The notes under the pieces are model-generated. The model was not told where the DNA came from. It worked only from the letters and a program-made list of their open reading frames with translations, and ran no database searches. Positions 20,417-30,536 of a stretch of 64,000 bases of DNA are shown piece by piece. The first letter of the stretch is position 1, and each line of letters starts with the position of its first letter. Source of the DNA: Bacteroidales bacterium (GTDB lineage Bacteria; Bacteroidota; Bacteroidia; Bacteroidales; VadinHA17). Position numbers and translations under genes: made by a program. The stretch covers positions 225 through 64,224 of the forward strand of contig JANYJP010000033.1 of NCBI GenBank assembly GCA_025358455.1. Reading direction: 5' to 3'.

Positions 20417-20662
20417 TTATTTTACCGAATCAGCAAGTAGTATAATTTTGTTCGCCTTCACTTCGATCACGCCTCCACTGATCTCAAATATTTTCTCATT
20501 TCCCTCCAGATCAACAATAATAACTGAACCGCTGTCGAGTGTAGAGATGATTGGGGCATGATCCTTCAAAACCTGAAAGGATCCCTTTTTACCGGGAACC
20601 CTAACAGATTTAATATCTCCTTCAAATGCTTTTTTCTCAGGTGTGATAATCTCAATCTTCAT
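20417..20662 (-). CDS. atpC: F1 ATP synthase epsilon subunit, short form without the C-terminal helical domain
   Basis: 81 aa, located directly after atpD. Sequence is N-terminal beta-sandwich-like (MKIEIITPEK...FEGDIKSVRVPG). Confidence 0.85.
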   Translation of the reverse strand: MKIEIITPEKKAFEGDIKSVRVPGKKGSFQVLKDHAPIISTLDSGSVIIVDLEGNEKIFEISGGVIEVKANKIILLADSVK

Positions 20663-20673
20663 CAGAAAATAAT

Positions 20674-22191
<1,518 letters not shown>

Positions 22192-22218
22192 TTATTTATT
22201 TAGGTTTTTCGAAAGAGA

Positions 22219-22226
22219 CAAATTTA
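22219..22226 (-). promoter_or_regulatory. -7 box TAAATTTG upstream of atpD
   Basis: Matches TAnnTTTG, 36 nt upstream of the atpD ATG. This implies atpD-atpC (and the decarboxylase) can be transcribed independently of atpBEFHAG. Confidence 0.45.
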
Positions 22227-22323
22227 ATACTTTTTGTGTTTTATCATGATTAAACCCCTTATAAATTCAGTTTTATTCTAATGTTCATGATTTTTGTCAC
22301 AACAGAAAATCAGGATGTTTAAA

Positions 22324-23298
22324 CTATTTATTTCTTCCTATAAGTGAATTGGCCATCAGTGCCAGCTCTTTTTTTCGTTCTTTATCGATACCGATTTTTT
22401 CGAGCAGTATGAAAGCGGAACTGAAATAATCATTGGCAAGTCTTTCGGTTATGTTTTTGATGTTAAGCTTATCATAAATTTCAACAACTTTCTTTACTTT
22501 CTCGTCAGGGTCAAAGTCCTTAGCGGAAAACAGTTCATGGAGATGTTTATGCTGCTCTTCCGAAGCAATTTCCAAAGCCTTAACCAGCAGAAAGGTCTTT
22601 TTATTAGAAATAATATCCCCTCCCGCTATTTTACCAAAGACTTTAACATCACCATAAATATCGAGAAGATCATCCTGAATCTGAAAGGCCAGTCCGATAT
22701 TTCTGCCAAATTCATAAAGCAATTCTGCATCCCTATCATCAGCTCCTCCGATTATTGCGCCTATTTTAACTGAAGCAGCCACAAGTACAGCTGTCTTCAA
22801 TTCAATCATCCTGATATATTCTTCCTGCAATACTATTGTGGCTTTTTCAAAATCAATATCAAGTTGCTGCCCAATACATACTTCAACAGCGGCTTTATTG
22901 AATACTTTGAACACTTTTACCATATGCCGGGGAGGAGTCTGCAAGAAACAATCATTTGCAATAAAGGCCATTACATCTCCTGACAGAACTGCCTGGTTAA
23001 TATTCCACTTGCTGTGTACAGTTGGAAAATTTCGCCGGACAGGAGCCTTATCCATAATATCATCATGAACAAGTGTGAAATTATGAAATACCTCAATTCC
23101 GGCAGCGGGTATAACAGCTTCATCAATCTTGTCATTAAAGAGATTGCATGCCATCAGGGTAAGAACGGGTCTTAATCTTTTCCCTCCAATTGAAAGAATG
23201 TATTTAACAGGATCGATAAGTTTTTCAGCCTCCGTATTGTATGAAAGATTAACAATAGCCTTATCGACTAAATCTTTAAGCTGACACTGGTTATACAT
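22324..23298 (-). CDS. Polyprenyl (trans-isoprenyl) diphosphate synthase
   Basis: 324 aa with the two Asp-rich motifs DDIMD and DDLLD. Confidence 0.9.
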   Translation of the reverse strand: MYNQCQLKDLVDKAIVNLSYNTEAEKLIDPVKYILSIGGKRLRPVLTLMACNLFNDKIDEAVIPAAGIEVFHNFTLVHDDIMDKAPVRRNFPTVHSKWNINQAVLSGDVMAFIANDCFLQTPPRHMVKVFKVFNKAAVEVCIGQQLDIDFEKATIVLQEEYIRMIELKTAVLVAASVKIGAIIGGADDRDAELLYEFGRNIGLAFQIQDDLLDIYGDVKVFGKIAGGDIISNKKTFLLVKALEIASEEQHKHLHELFSAKDFDPDEKVKKVVEIYDKLNIKNITERLANDYFSSAFILLEKIGIDKERKKELALMANSLIGRNK

Positions 23299-23325
23299 AA
23301 TGCTTGCTTAGTAATCCAATATTTG

Positions 23326-24216
23326 TTAACCTCTAAGAGCTTCAGCACCACTAACTACTTCGAGTATCTGGTTAGTAATTGTAGTCTGCCGTGCTTTATT
23401 GTATTGAAGGGTAAGATCTCTGATCATACCTGTGGCATTATCAGTTGCTTTATGCATGGCAGTCATTCTGGCTCCGTGCTCTGCAACAAAAGAATCAAGA
23501 ATGGATTTATAAAATTGAATCTTTAAGGATTTTGGAATAAGTTCCTTAATAATAGCCTCCTGATCGGGTTCATAGATATAATCAACAGGAGTTGTTTTTA
23601 CTTTCCCGGGAGCAGCTATTTCGACAGGAAGAAATAATTCATTTGTCAGATTCTGAACTGCTGCGTTTTTAAACTGGTTATAGATAATCTCAATCCTGTC
23701 AAATTCACTTGCTACGAAACTTTTCATAACCTGTTCAGCTACTTCTGCAACATTATCGAAAGTAAGATCGTGCAGAAGGTTGTTCTGTTCAGGAAGCATA
23801 TTTATTTTGGTCTTTTTGAAATAATCATATCCTTTCTTACCGATTGTCATGAGCAACAGGTTGCCGTTATTATGCTGATCGGGATATTTTTCAGATATGA
23901 CTCTCCTTGCTTCCTTAATAACGTTGGTATTGAATGCTCCGCACAAACCCCTGTTGGAAGTGATCACAACAAGGAGTATCTTCTCCGGAGATGACTTAGG
24001 CTGCCGTCCATAGACATTTTCAACTTCCGAATCCGCAAGGCTCTGTGAAAGACCAACCAGTATCTCGTGTAACTTATTCGCGTAAGGCCTCAATCGCACA
24101 ATCTTATCCTGGGCCTTTCGCAACTTGGCAGCAGAAACCATTTTCATGGCTGAAGTAATCTGCCTGGTTGACTTAACAGAGGTTATCCGTGTTCTTATTG
24201 CTTTTAAATTCGCCAT
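23326..24216 (-). CDS. atpG: F1 ATP synthase gamma subunit
   Basis: 296 aa. The N-terminus MANLKAIRTRITSVKSTRQITSAMKMVSAAKLRKAQ is typical of AtpG. Confidence 0.95.
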   Translation of the reverse strand: MANLKAIRTRITSVKSTRQITSAMKMVSAAKLRKAQDKIVRLRPYANKLHEILVGLSQSLADSEVENVYGRQPKSSPEKILLVVITSNRGLCGAFNTNVIKEARRVISEKYPDQHNNGNLLLMTIGKKGYDYFKKTKINMLPEQNNLLHDLTFDNVAEVAEQVMKSFVASEFDRIEIIYNQFKNAAVQNLTNELFLPVEIAAPGKVKTTPVDYIYEPDQEAIIKELIPKSLKIQFYKSILDSFVAEHGARMTAMHKATDNATGMIRDLTLQYNKARQTTITNQILEVVSGAEALRG

Positions 24217-24244
24217 TTACATGCATTTATTCACCTGAACCCGG

Positions 24245-25828
24245 TTACTGCGGACGATATTTTATAACCAATTCCGAGGCAACTTTTTCAAGAACACTTG
24301 TAATATCATTATTAAGGATCCCATCACGAAGCTTATCGAGAACATCTCTGTGTTTAAGTTCGAGAAACTCCAGAAAATCTGTTTCAAAATTTTTCACCCT
24401 GGTAATGGGAACATCCTTCAGAAGGCCCATCGTTCCGCAATATATTATAGCTACCTGTTTTTCAACCGGCATCGGAGCATACTGCGCCTGTTTAAGTATT
24501 TGAACGTTCTTAGCTCCTTTATTAAGGATAGCCATAGTTGTTACATCGAGGTCAGAGCCAAACTTGGAGAAAGCTTCCAGTTCGCGGTATTGTGCCTGGT
24601 CAACTTTAAGAGTTCCTGCTATTTTCTTCATCGACTTGATCTGTGCATTTCCACCTACCCTAGATACGGATATACCTACGTTAATAGCAGGTCGTACTCC
24701 AGAGTTGAAAAGGCTCGATTCAAGAAATATCTGACCGTCAGTGATTGAAATAACATTTGTAGGAATGTATGCTGACACGTCACCGGCCTGAGTTTCAATA
24801 ATAGGTAACGCAGTCAGAGAACCGCCCCCTTTCACCAAATGCCTGATTGATTCAGGAATATCGTTCATCTTCTGTGCAACTTCATCTGATTCAATGATTT
24901 TCGCTGCTCTTTCAAGAAGTCTTGAGTGCAGGTAAAAAACGTCACCCGGATATGCTTCTCGTCCTGGCGGGCGACGGAGAAGAAGTGACACTTCCCTGTA
25001 CGATACGGCCTGTTTTGAAAGGTCATCATAAATAATCAGGGCATCACGGCCCGTATCGCGGAAGAATTCACCTATTGCAGCTCCGGCAAAAGGTGCATAG
25101 AATTGAGCTGCTGCAGGATCGGATGCTGTAGCCAGTACTATTACCGTATACTGAAGAGCTCCATGTTCTTCAAGGGTAGCTGCTATATTGGCTACGGTTG
25201 ACCCTTTTTGCCCGATTGCCACATAAATGCAATAAACAGGTTTTCCTTTTTCAAAGTTACTGCGCTGATTAATAATTGTATCAATTGCAATAGCTGTTTT
25301 TCCTGTTTGCCTGTCACCAATAATCAATTCCCTCTGTCCGCGGCCGATAGGGATCATCGCGTCGATAGCCTTGATGCCTGTTTGAAGAGGTTGTCTCACT
25401 GGCTGCCGGAAAATAACCCCGGGTGCTTTTCTTTCAAATGGGAGTATGAATAGTTCACCCGTTATCGGTCCCTTCCCATCGAGCGGCTGGCCTGTTGGTG
25501 AAATAACTCTTCCCAACAAACCTTCCCCAACTCCAAGGGATGCTATACGTCCGGTCCTTTTAACAATATCACCCTCGTTAATCTCTTCAGTAGGACCAAG
25601 CAAAACTGCTCCGATATTATCCTCCTCGAGGTTCAGAACAATTGCTTCAATTCCATTTTCAAATTCGATCAGCTCGTTTGATTGTGCATTTGAAAGTCCG
25701 TAGATACGGGCTATTCCGTCACCAACCTGAAGCACTGTTCCTACTTCCTCAAGCTCAACTCCTGTTTGAATTCCTTCAAGCTGTTGTTTGAGAATTTTCG
25801 AAACTTCTGCTGGTTTAATATTTGCCAT
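24245..25828 (-). CDS. atpA: F1 ATP synthase alpha subunit
   Basis: 527 aa. Walker A is GDRQTGKT. Confidence 0.97.
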   Translation of the reverse strand: MANIKPAEVSKILKQQLEGIQTGVELEEVGTVLQVGDGIARIYGLSNAQSNELIEFENGIEAIVLNLEEDNIGAVLLGPTEEINEGDIVKRTGRIASLGVGEGLLGRVISPTGQPLDGKGPITGELFILPFERKAPGVIFRQPVRQPLQTGIKAIDAMIPIGRGQRELIIGDRQTGKTAIAIDTIINQRSNFEKGKPVYCIYVAIGQKGSTVANIAATLEEHGALQYTVIVLATASDPAAAQFYAPFAGAAIGEFFRDTGRDALIIYDDLSKQAVSYREVSLLLRRPPGREAYPGDVFYLHSRLLERAAKIIESDEVAQKMNDIPESIRHLVKGGGSLTALPIIETQAGDVSAYIPTNVISITDGQIFLESSLFNSGVRPAINVGISVSRVGGNAQIKSMKKIAGTLKVDQAQYRELEAFSKFGSDLDVTTMAILNKGAKNVQILKQAQYAPMPVEKQVAIIYCGTMGLLKDVPITRVKNFETDFLEFLELKHRDVLDKLRDGILNNDITSVLEKVASELVIKYRPQ

Positions 25829-25860
25829 ACTATATTATCTTAAAAACTTTATTATTTATA

Positions 25861-26412
25861 TTATTGTGAAGCTATCGTGCTTCCCAGAAGCTCTTTTCTG
25901 ATCTTCCTTAACTTATTTTTGATGCTGGCATCAATATAATTATCGTCCACCCTAAGAACAAATCCTCCAAGTATTTCAGGGTCAATGTTTTCTGTAAGCT
26001 CAACTTTTGTAGAAAAGACTTCTGAAATCAGAGCTATCACCTGGTTCCTGACTTTCTCGTCAACCTTAACTGCTGTTGTCAGTACAGATTCTGTGATTCC
26101 CTTAAATTTCAAAGTTTCATGAATGAATACCCTGGCTATTGCCGGAAGAAATGATTCCCTGCCATTTTTAACAATAAGATCAATTAGTAAAAGCGTTATT
26201 GGTTCAACATTCCCGTCTAGCATTTTGTGGAATATTGAATTCTTTTTTGAGGGAATAATAACAGGGCTATGCAGGAATTCTTTTGCTTCAGTTGTTTTGC
26301 AAATCTCGGCAATGAAGATCATATCCTGATTAACATTATCAATGATTTTTTTTTCGAGTGCCAGCTGGAACAAAGCTCTTGAATACCTTACTGATATTTT
26401 ACTGTCGTTCAT
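25861..26412 (-). CDS. atpH: F1 ATP synthase delta (OSCP) subunit
   Basis: 183 aa. Assigned from its position between atpF and atpA and an OSCP-like N-terminus (ISVRYSRALFQLALEK). Confidence 0.85.
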   Translation of the reverse strand: MNDSKISVRYSRALFQLALEKKIIDNVNQDMIFIAEICKTTEAKEFLHSPVIIPSKKNSIFHKMLDGNVEPITLLLIDLIVKNGRESFLPAIARVFIHETLKFKGITESVLTTAVKVDEKVRNQVIALISEVFSTKVELTENIDPEILGGFVLRVDDNYIDASIKNKLRKIRKELLGSTIASQ

Positions 26413-26427
26413 TACAGAATATACTTC

Positions 26428-26943
26428 CTAATTCTTATTGAAATCAATTTCTTTCAGGTAATTATCAATCAGTTTGCTTTGTTCTCCTGTCTGTTTGAGT
26501 TTTTCACCCAGTAACATTGAGGCAATGTCAACTGATAGATTTGCAACCTGCATATGAATCTCTGAAAGTGCTTTACGTTTTTCGCTTTCAATTCCGGCTC
26601 GTGCTTTTTCGATAAGTTTTTCAGCTTCTTCAGAAGCTTTACCTTTAGCCTCAGCTATCATTTTATCGCGTACTTCCCGGGCCTCCCTGAGAATTCCTTC
26701 ACGTTCTTCCCTGGCTTTACGAAGGATTGTTTCATTATCGCTTTGAAGTTTTAACATATCCTCCCTTGCTTTCGCTGCAGATTCAAGAGAACCTTTAATC
26801 ATTTCATCCCGCGCTTTAACTGCAGAAAGAATGGGTTTCCATGCAAATTTGGAGAGTATCAGGAGAAACAAGACAAAGATAAGTGCTGACCAGAATATTG
26901 TCCCGACTCCCGGGGTAACAAGACTGCTTGATAAGAGTATCAT
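26428..26943 (-). CDS. atpF: F0 ATP synthase subunit b
   Basis: 171 aa. One N-terminal TM followed by a long charged helix, with operon position between atpE and atpH. Confidence 0.85.
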   Translation of the reverse strand: MILLSSSLVTPGVGTIFWSALIFVLFLLILSKFAWKPILSAVKARDEMIKGSLESAAKAREDMLKLQSDNETILRKAREEREGILREAREVRDKMIAEAKGKASEEAEKLIEKARAGIESEKRKALSEIHMQVANLSVDIASMLLGEKLKQTGEQSKLIDNYLKEIDFNKN

Positions 26944-26975
26944 ATATATTTTGTTAAATCAATTAATTTAAAAGG

Positions 26976-27003
26976 AAGGCCTGCAACCAACCGTTACAGG
27001 CTT
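26976..27003 (-). terminator. Intra-operon hairpin between atpE and atpF (possible attenuator or mRNA stabiliser)
   Basis: The minus-strand RNA is AAGCCUGUAACGGUUGGUUGCAGGCCUU. GCCUG pairs with CAGGC, and AAC with GUU, with one mismatch between them. It is followed by CCUUUUAAAUU and lies 15 nt after the atpE stop. Confidence 0.4.
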
Positions 27004-27017
27004 CATTTTTTCCCCTC

Positions 27018-27248
27018 TTATTTAGCGATAAGAGCGACAACAATTGCAAATAAAGCTGCTCCTTCAATAAGGGCTGCAGCAATGATCATTGCAATCTGGA
27101 TCTTGGAATAAGCTTCCGGCTGACGAGCAATTGCGTCCATTGCCGATCCACCAATTCTACCGATGCCAAGGCCTGCGCCTATTACTGCGAGACCTGCTCC
27201 AACTGCTGCCATTGTACCTGTCATAATAACTAATATTAAATTAAACAA
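27018..27248 (-). CDS. atpE: F0 ATP synthase subunit c
   Basis: 76 aa helical hairpin. The conserved carboxylate lies in AALIEGAALFAIV. Confidence 0.92.
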   Translation of the reverse strand: MFNLILVIMTGTMAAVGAGLAVIGAGLGIGRIGGSAMDAIARQPEAYSKIQIAMIIAAALIEGAALFAIVVALIAK

Positions 27249-27254
27249 TAAAAA

Positions 27255-28313
27255 TTAATGATGTTCCGGTGTTGCCATTCCTATAAACAAGGATGACAAC
27301 AGAGTGAAAATATATGCCTGAAGGAATGCCACCAAAAGTTCGAGGAAGTCCATGAATATCACGAAAAAGATTGAAACGGGTGCTACTGAAAGGGAATTAA
27401 AAATAAAAATCAGGCAAATCAGACTTAATACAATTATATGCCCTGCCGTAATGTTTGCGAATAATCGGATCATAAGTGCAAAAGGCTTTGAGAATAATCC
27501 TATTATTTCTACGGGGATCATAATCGGTAAGAGCCAGAAAGGGACACCCGGGGCGGCAAAAATATGCTTCCAGTATGTTTTGTTCCCGCTAAATTGAGTA
27601 ATAATAAATGTAAATGTTGCAAGAACAAATGTCACTGCAATATTACCCGTTACGTTCGCACCAAAAGGCGGGACTGGAATCAGTCCCATTAAATTGTTGA
27701 TCAATATAAAAAAGAATGCCGTAAGAAGGTAGGGCATATATCTTTCATATCTATGCAGACCAAGATTAGGGATAGCAATATCATCGCGGACAAAAAGAAT
27801 TACCGGTTCGAGAAAACTCTGAATACCCTTTGGATGACTTATGCCTGTCTTCTTATATGACCGGGCAAGTGAAATGAATAATAACAACCCTATTATTGCT
27901 GCAAATAACATCCCCATCACGGCTTTTGTCATTGAAAGGTCAAGAGGCAGGTTCTTTTCATCAGCAATTCCTTCACTATTAACCGATACAATTTTATCTT
28001 TAAGGTCACCCTCTTCTTCAAGTTTATATCCTAAGTATTCTTGTCCGTCAGCAAGTTTTTTTGAACTGAATACATCAAGCCCTTTCTCTTTGCTGTAAAG
28101 AATAACCGGTAAATAAATTGCTACATTATCTCCGTTCTCCTTTGTCAGAATATGCCATTCATGAGAATCAGCTATGTGTTCAAGAATAAAGGTACTTGCA
28201 TCAAATTTCTCCTCACTCTCTTTTTTTTCCTGAAGTTCCTGACCAAAAGCGGAAATAGTTGCTCCGGTAAGCAGAAGAAAGAAGAAAAAGCCAATTAATT
28301 TTTTTGTTTTCAA
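27255..28313 (-). CDS. atpB: F0 ATP synthase subunit a
   Basis: 352 aa, polytopic. The essential-Arg motif is MIRLFANITAGH. Confidence 0.92.
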   Translation of the reverse strand: MKTKKLIGFFFFLLLTGATISAFGQELQEKKESEEKFDASTFILEHIADSHEWHILTKENGDNVAIYLPVILYSKEKGLDVFSSKKLADGQEYLGYKLEEEGDLKDKIVSVNSEGIADEKNLPLDLSMTKAVMGMLFAAIIGLLLFISLARSYKKTGISHPKGIQSFLEPVILFVRDDIAIPNLGLHRYERYMPYLLTAFFFILINNLMGLIPVPPFGANVTGNIAVTFVLATFTFIITQFSGNKTYWKHIFAAPGVPFWLLPIMIPVEIIGLFSKPFALMIRLFANITAGHIIVLSLICLIFIFNSLSVAPVSIFFVIFMDFLELLVAFLQAYIFTLLSSLFIGMATPEHH

Positions 28314-28326
28314 ATCAGGTCCGGTT

Positions 28327-28713
28327 TTATAACGATTTGTTTTTCAGCACTCTCAATATAACCAATACCGAAAACAAAGTGAGTGCTAAATATAAAACAA
28401 AAAATATTATAACAGACTGTAAAGAAGTTTTTTTAGCAACAATAAACCAAACAAGTGATAACGTCATATCAAGCAGAAACTTAAGACCTACTGCTACCAG
28501 GCTGTGCAGGGTCTGACTTTCAGGATTTTTTGTCTGACCTCTTAAAAATATTATCAGCGTTATTACTGCAATTATTGTAAAGACTGATGTCAGAATTGCA
28601 ATGTCGCTGAATAAAATGCGAGGTACACTAAATGATACAAGCAGATATCCTGTTATCAGTAACAGAATATTCAGTAAGAACAGTAAGAAAATATATTTAT
28701 AAGTTGGTTTCAA
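28327..28713 (-). CDS. Small 4-TM membrane protein in the atp operon, at an AtpI-like position
   Basis: 128-aa hydrophobic ORF lying 13 nt upstream of atpB on the same strand. Confidence 0.5.
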   Translation of the reverse strand: MKPTYKYIFLLFLLNILLLITGYLLVSFSVPRILFSDIAILTSVFTIIAVITLIIFLRGQTKNPESQTLHSLVAVGLKFLLDMTLSLVWFIVAKKTSLQSVIIFFVLYLALTLFSVLVILRVLKNKSL

Positions 28714-28722
28714 AAATGGAAG

Positions 28723-28980
28723 TCACTTAATAAAATCTTTTACTGCAATATAAATTGCTGCAAAAACACCAAAAAGGGAAAGGACAATGGTAAAAACAGG
28801 TATACGCGAGCCCGCCAGCTTATCAAGTTTCACACCACCCCAGGTTGTAATAAGAATAATTCCTATCATCTGAAATGCCAGGCCAGAGTATCTGGCAAAA
28901 TCTCTTATCCCTTTATTTACCGGGCTTTTCGGATTCTTTTTCTTTAATTGTTGTGACTCCTCCATTGGTATCGTTATCAC
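28723..28980 (-). CDS. AtpZ/AtpI-family small membrane protein
   Basis: 85 aa. A hydrophilic N-tail is followed by ARYSGLAFQMIGIILITTWGG...LDK and two TMs. The start may be the Met at 28965. Confidence 0.6.
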   Translation of the reverse strand: MITIPMEESQQLKKKNPKSPVNKGIRDFARYSGLAFQMIGIILITTWGGVKLDKLAGSRIPVFTIVLSLFGVFAAIYIAVKDFIK

Positions 28981-29314
28981 TCATTTTGCAATTTCCGGTG
29001 AATCGTGCGCCTGGTTCAATTGAGAGTTTTGATGTAGTAATATCGCCAAGAATTTTTGAAGAGGCTTTGAGGTTAAGTAACTGACCAACATTAATTTTAC
29101 CTTCGACAATTCCTGAGACTTCTGAGTTTTTACAGAAAATTTCCCCGCTGACTTTTCCGGTCGGACCAATAACAACCTTTCCTTTTGTGTTAAGGTTTCC
29201 AGTTAAGGTTCCGTCAATACGTATATCACCATTTGATTTTATATCTCCGGTAATATCTGTTCCATTACTGATAAGGTTAATCGTCGCGTTATCTGTCTCG
29301 TTGAATTTTACCAT
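28913..29314 (-). CDS. Bactofilin (polymer-forming cytoskeletal protein)
   Basis: 133 aa. It has the repetitive beta-helix pattern (ITGDIKSNGDIRIDGTLTGNL...GKVSGEIFCKNSEVSGIVEGKI...ILGDITTSKLSIEPGARFTGNC). A TAACTTTG -7 box lies 25 nt upstream. Confidence 0.8.
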   Translation of the reverse strand: MVKFNETDNATINLISNGTDITGDIKSNGDIRIDGTLTGNLNTKGKVVIGPTGKVSGEIFCKNSEVSGIVEGKINVGQLLNLKASSKILGDITTSKLSIEPGARFTGNCKMSDNDTNGGVTTIKEKESEKPGK

Positions 29315-29339
29315 GGTTTTTAAAGAATTATTAGATATA

Positions 29340-29347
29340 CAAAGTTA
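29340..29347 (-). promoter_or_regulatory. -7 box TAACTTTG upstream of the bactofilin gene, at the head of the atp cluster
   Basis: Matches TAnnTTTG, 25 nt upstream of the ATG at 29314. A second match (TATATTTG) lies a little further upstream. Confidence 0.45.
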
Positions 29348-29428
29348 ATAACTCACAAATATAAAAACTATTGCAGATAATAATAAATAAGGGAAAATAT
29401 AATAATTAAAGTTTTACTCATGTGATTG

Positions 29429-29515
29429 AGACCCCTCTGTCCCGCCGGGGCGGGGGAGAAAAACCACAGGATGTAACTGAGTTTTTTCCCCTGCCAGGGG
29501 GAATTAAAAGGGGGT
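29429..29515. repeat. GC-rich intergenic element, long (composite) copy
   Basis: The sequence is GACCCCTCTGTCCCGCCG [54-nt insert, 29447-29500] AATTAAAAGGGGGTT. The termini match the short copy at 35846-35878 in reverse complement. It lies 8 nt after the fabH stop. Confidence 0.7.
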
Positions 29516-29523
29516 TTAATTTA

Positions 29524-30534
29524 TTAGAGAGTATCAGATTGAGGATCATATGCCCATTTCAGGTATATTGCACCCCAGGTAAAGCCACCGCCGAAAGCGG
29601 CAAGAATGAGTATATCGCCTTTCTTAAGTTTCTTTTCGTATTCCCATATGCATAATGGGATAGTTGCTGTAGTTGTATTCCCGTAATTCTGTATGTTAAT
29701 CATTACCTTCTCGGGGTCAAGGCCCATTCTTCTTCCTGTTGCCTCAATAATCCGGAGATTTGCCTGATGAGGAACAAGCCATGCAATATCGTTGGGTTTA
29801 AGATTATTTCGTTCCATAATCTCAACCGCAACATCGGCCATGTTTGAAACAGCAAATTTGAATACACTCTGGCCTTCCTGATAAATGAAGTGTTCTTTTG
29901 CATCTATTGTTTCATAAGAAGCAGGCTTAACAGATCCTCCGGCTTTCAGATGTAAATATTTCCGTCCTGAACCATCGGTATGAAAAATATGATCTATTAT
30001 TCCGAATTCCCCGGTGGTGGGTTCCAGCAACACCGCTCCGGCGGCATCACCAAAAAGAGGGCAGGTGGTACGGTCAGTATAATCGGTAATTGACGACATT
30101 TTGTCGGTTCCGACAACAATAACTTTTTTATACCTTCCGCCTTCAATAAATGTCGCTCCTGTTTCCAGGGCAAAAAGGAAACCTGAACATGCGGCATTAA
30201 AATCAAAACTGAAAGCATTTTTTATTCCGCACTTATCAGAAATAATGTTGGCGGTTGCCGGGAAAGCCATATCCGGAGTTACGGTGGCACAAATCAACAA
30301 GTCGATATCTTCAGGCGCAGTATGGGTTTTTAACAACAAACCCCTTACTGCCTGTTCTCCAAGATCTGAACTTCCAAGACCCTCGCCCTTAAGAATTCTC
30401 CTCTCTTTTATCCCGACTCGTTGCATTATCCATTCATCGGAAGTATCAACCATTTTTGAAAGTTCCTGATTTGTCAGCTTGTACTCGGGTACCCAGGCAT
30501 TGATACCGGTTATAGCTGCACGTATCTTTTCCAT
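29524..30534 (-). CDS. fabH: 3-oxoacyl-ACP synthase III
   Basis: 336 aa with the catalytic triad contexts [16 protein letters not shown] and [10 protein letters not shown]. Confidence 0.93.
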   Translation of the reverse strand: MEKIRAAITGINAWVPEYKLTNQELSKMVDTSDEWIMQRVGIKERRILKGEGLGSSDLGEQAVRGLLLKTHTAPEDIDLLICATVTPDMAFPATANIISDKCGIKNAFSFDFNAACSGFLFALETGATFIEGGRYKKVIVVGTDKMSSITDYTDRTTCPLFGDAAGAVLLEPTTGEFGIIDHIFHTDGSGRKYLHLKAGGSVKPASYETIDAKEHFIYQEGQSVFKFAVSNMADVAVEIMERNNLKPNDIAWLVPHQANLRIIEATGRRMGLDPEKVMINIQNYGNTTTATIPLCIWEYEKKLKKGDILILAAFGGGFTWGAIYLKWAYDPQSDTL

Positions 30535-30536
30535 TC

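Noticed and set aside
22254-22270. AAACCCCTTATAAATTC as a full copy of the GC-rich hairpin element
   Set aside because: It matches only one arm (AACCCCTTTTAATTC) with mismatches, and the partner arm (ACAGAGGGGTC) is absent nearby. I mention it only as a possible solo half-site.
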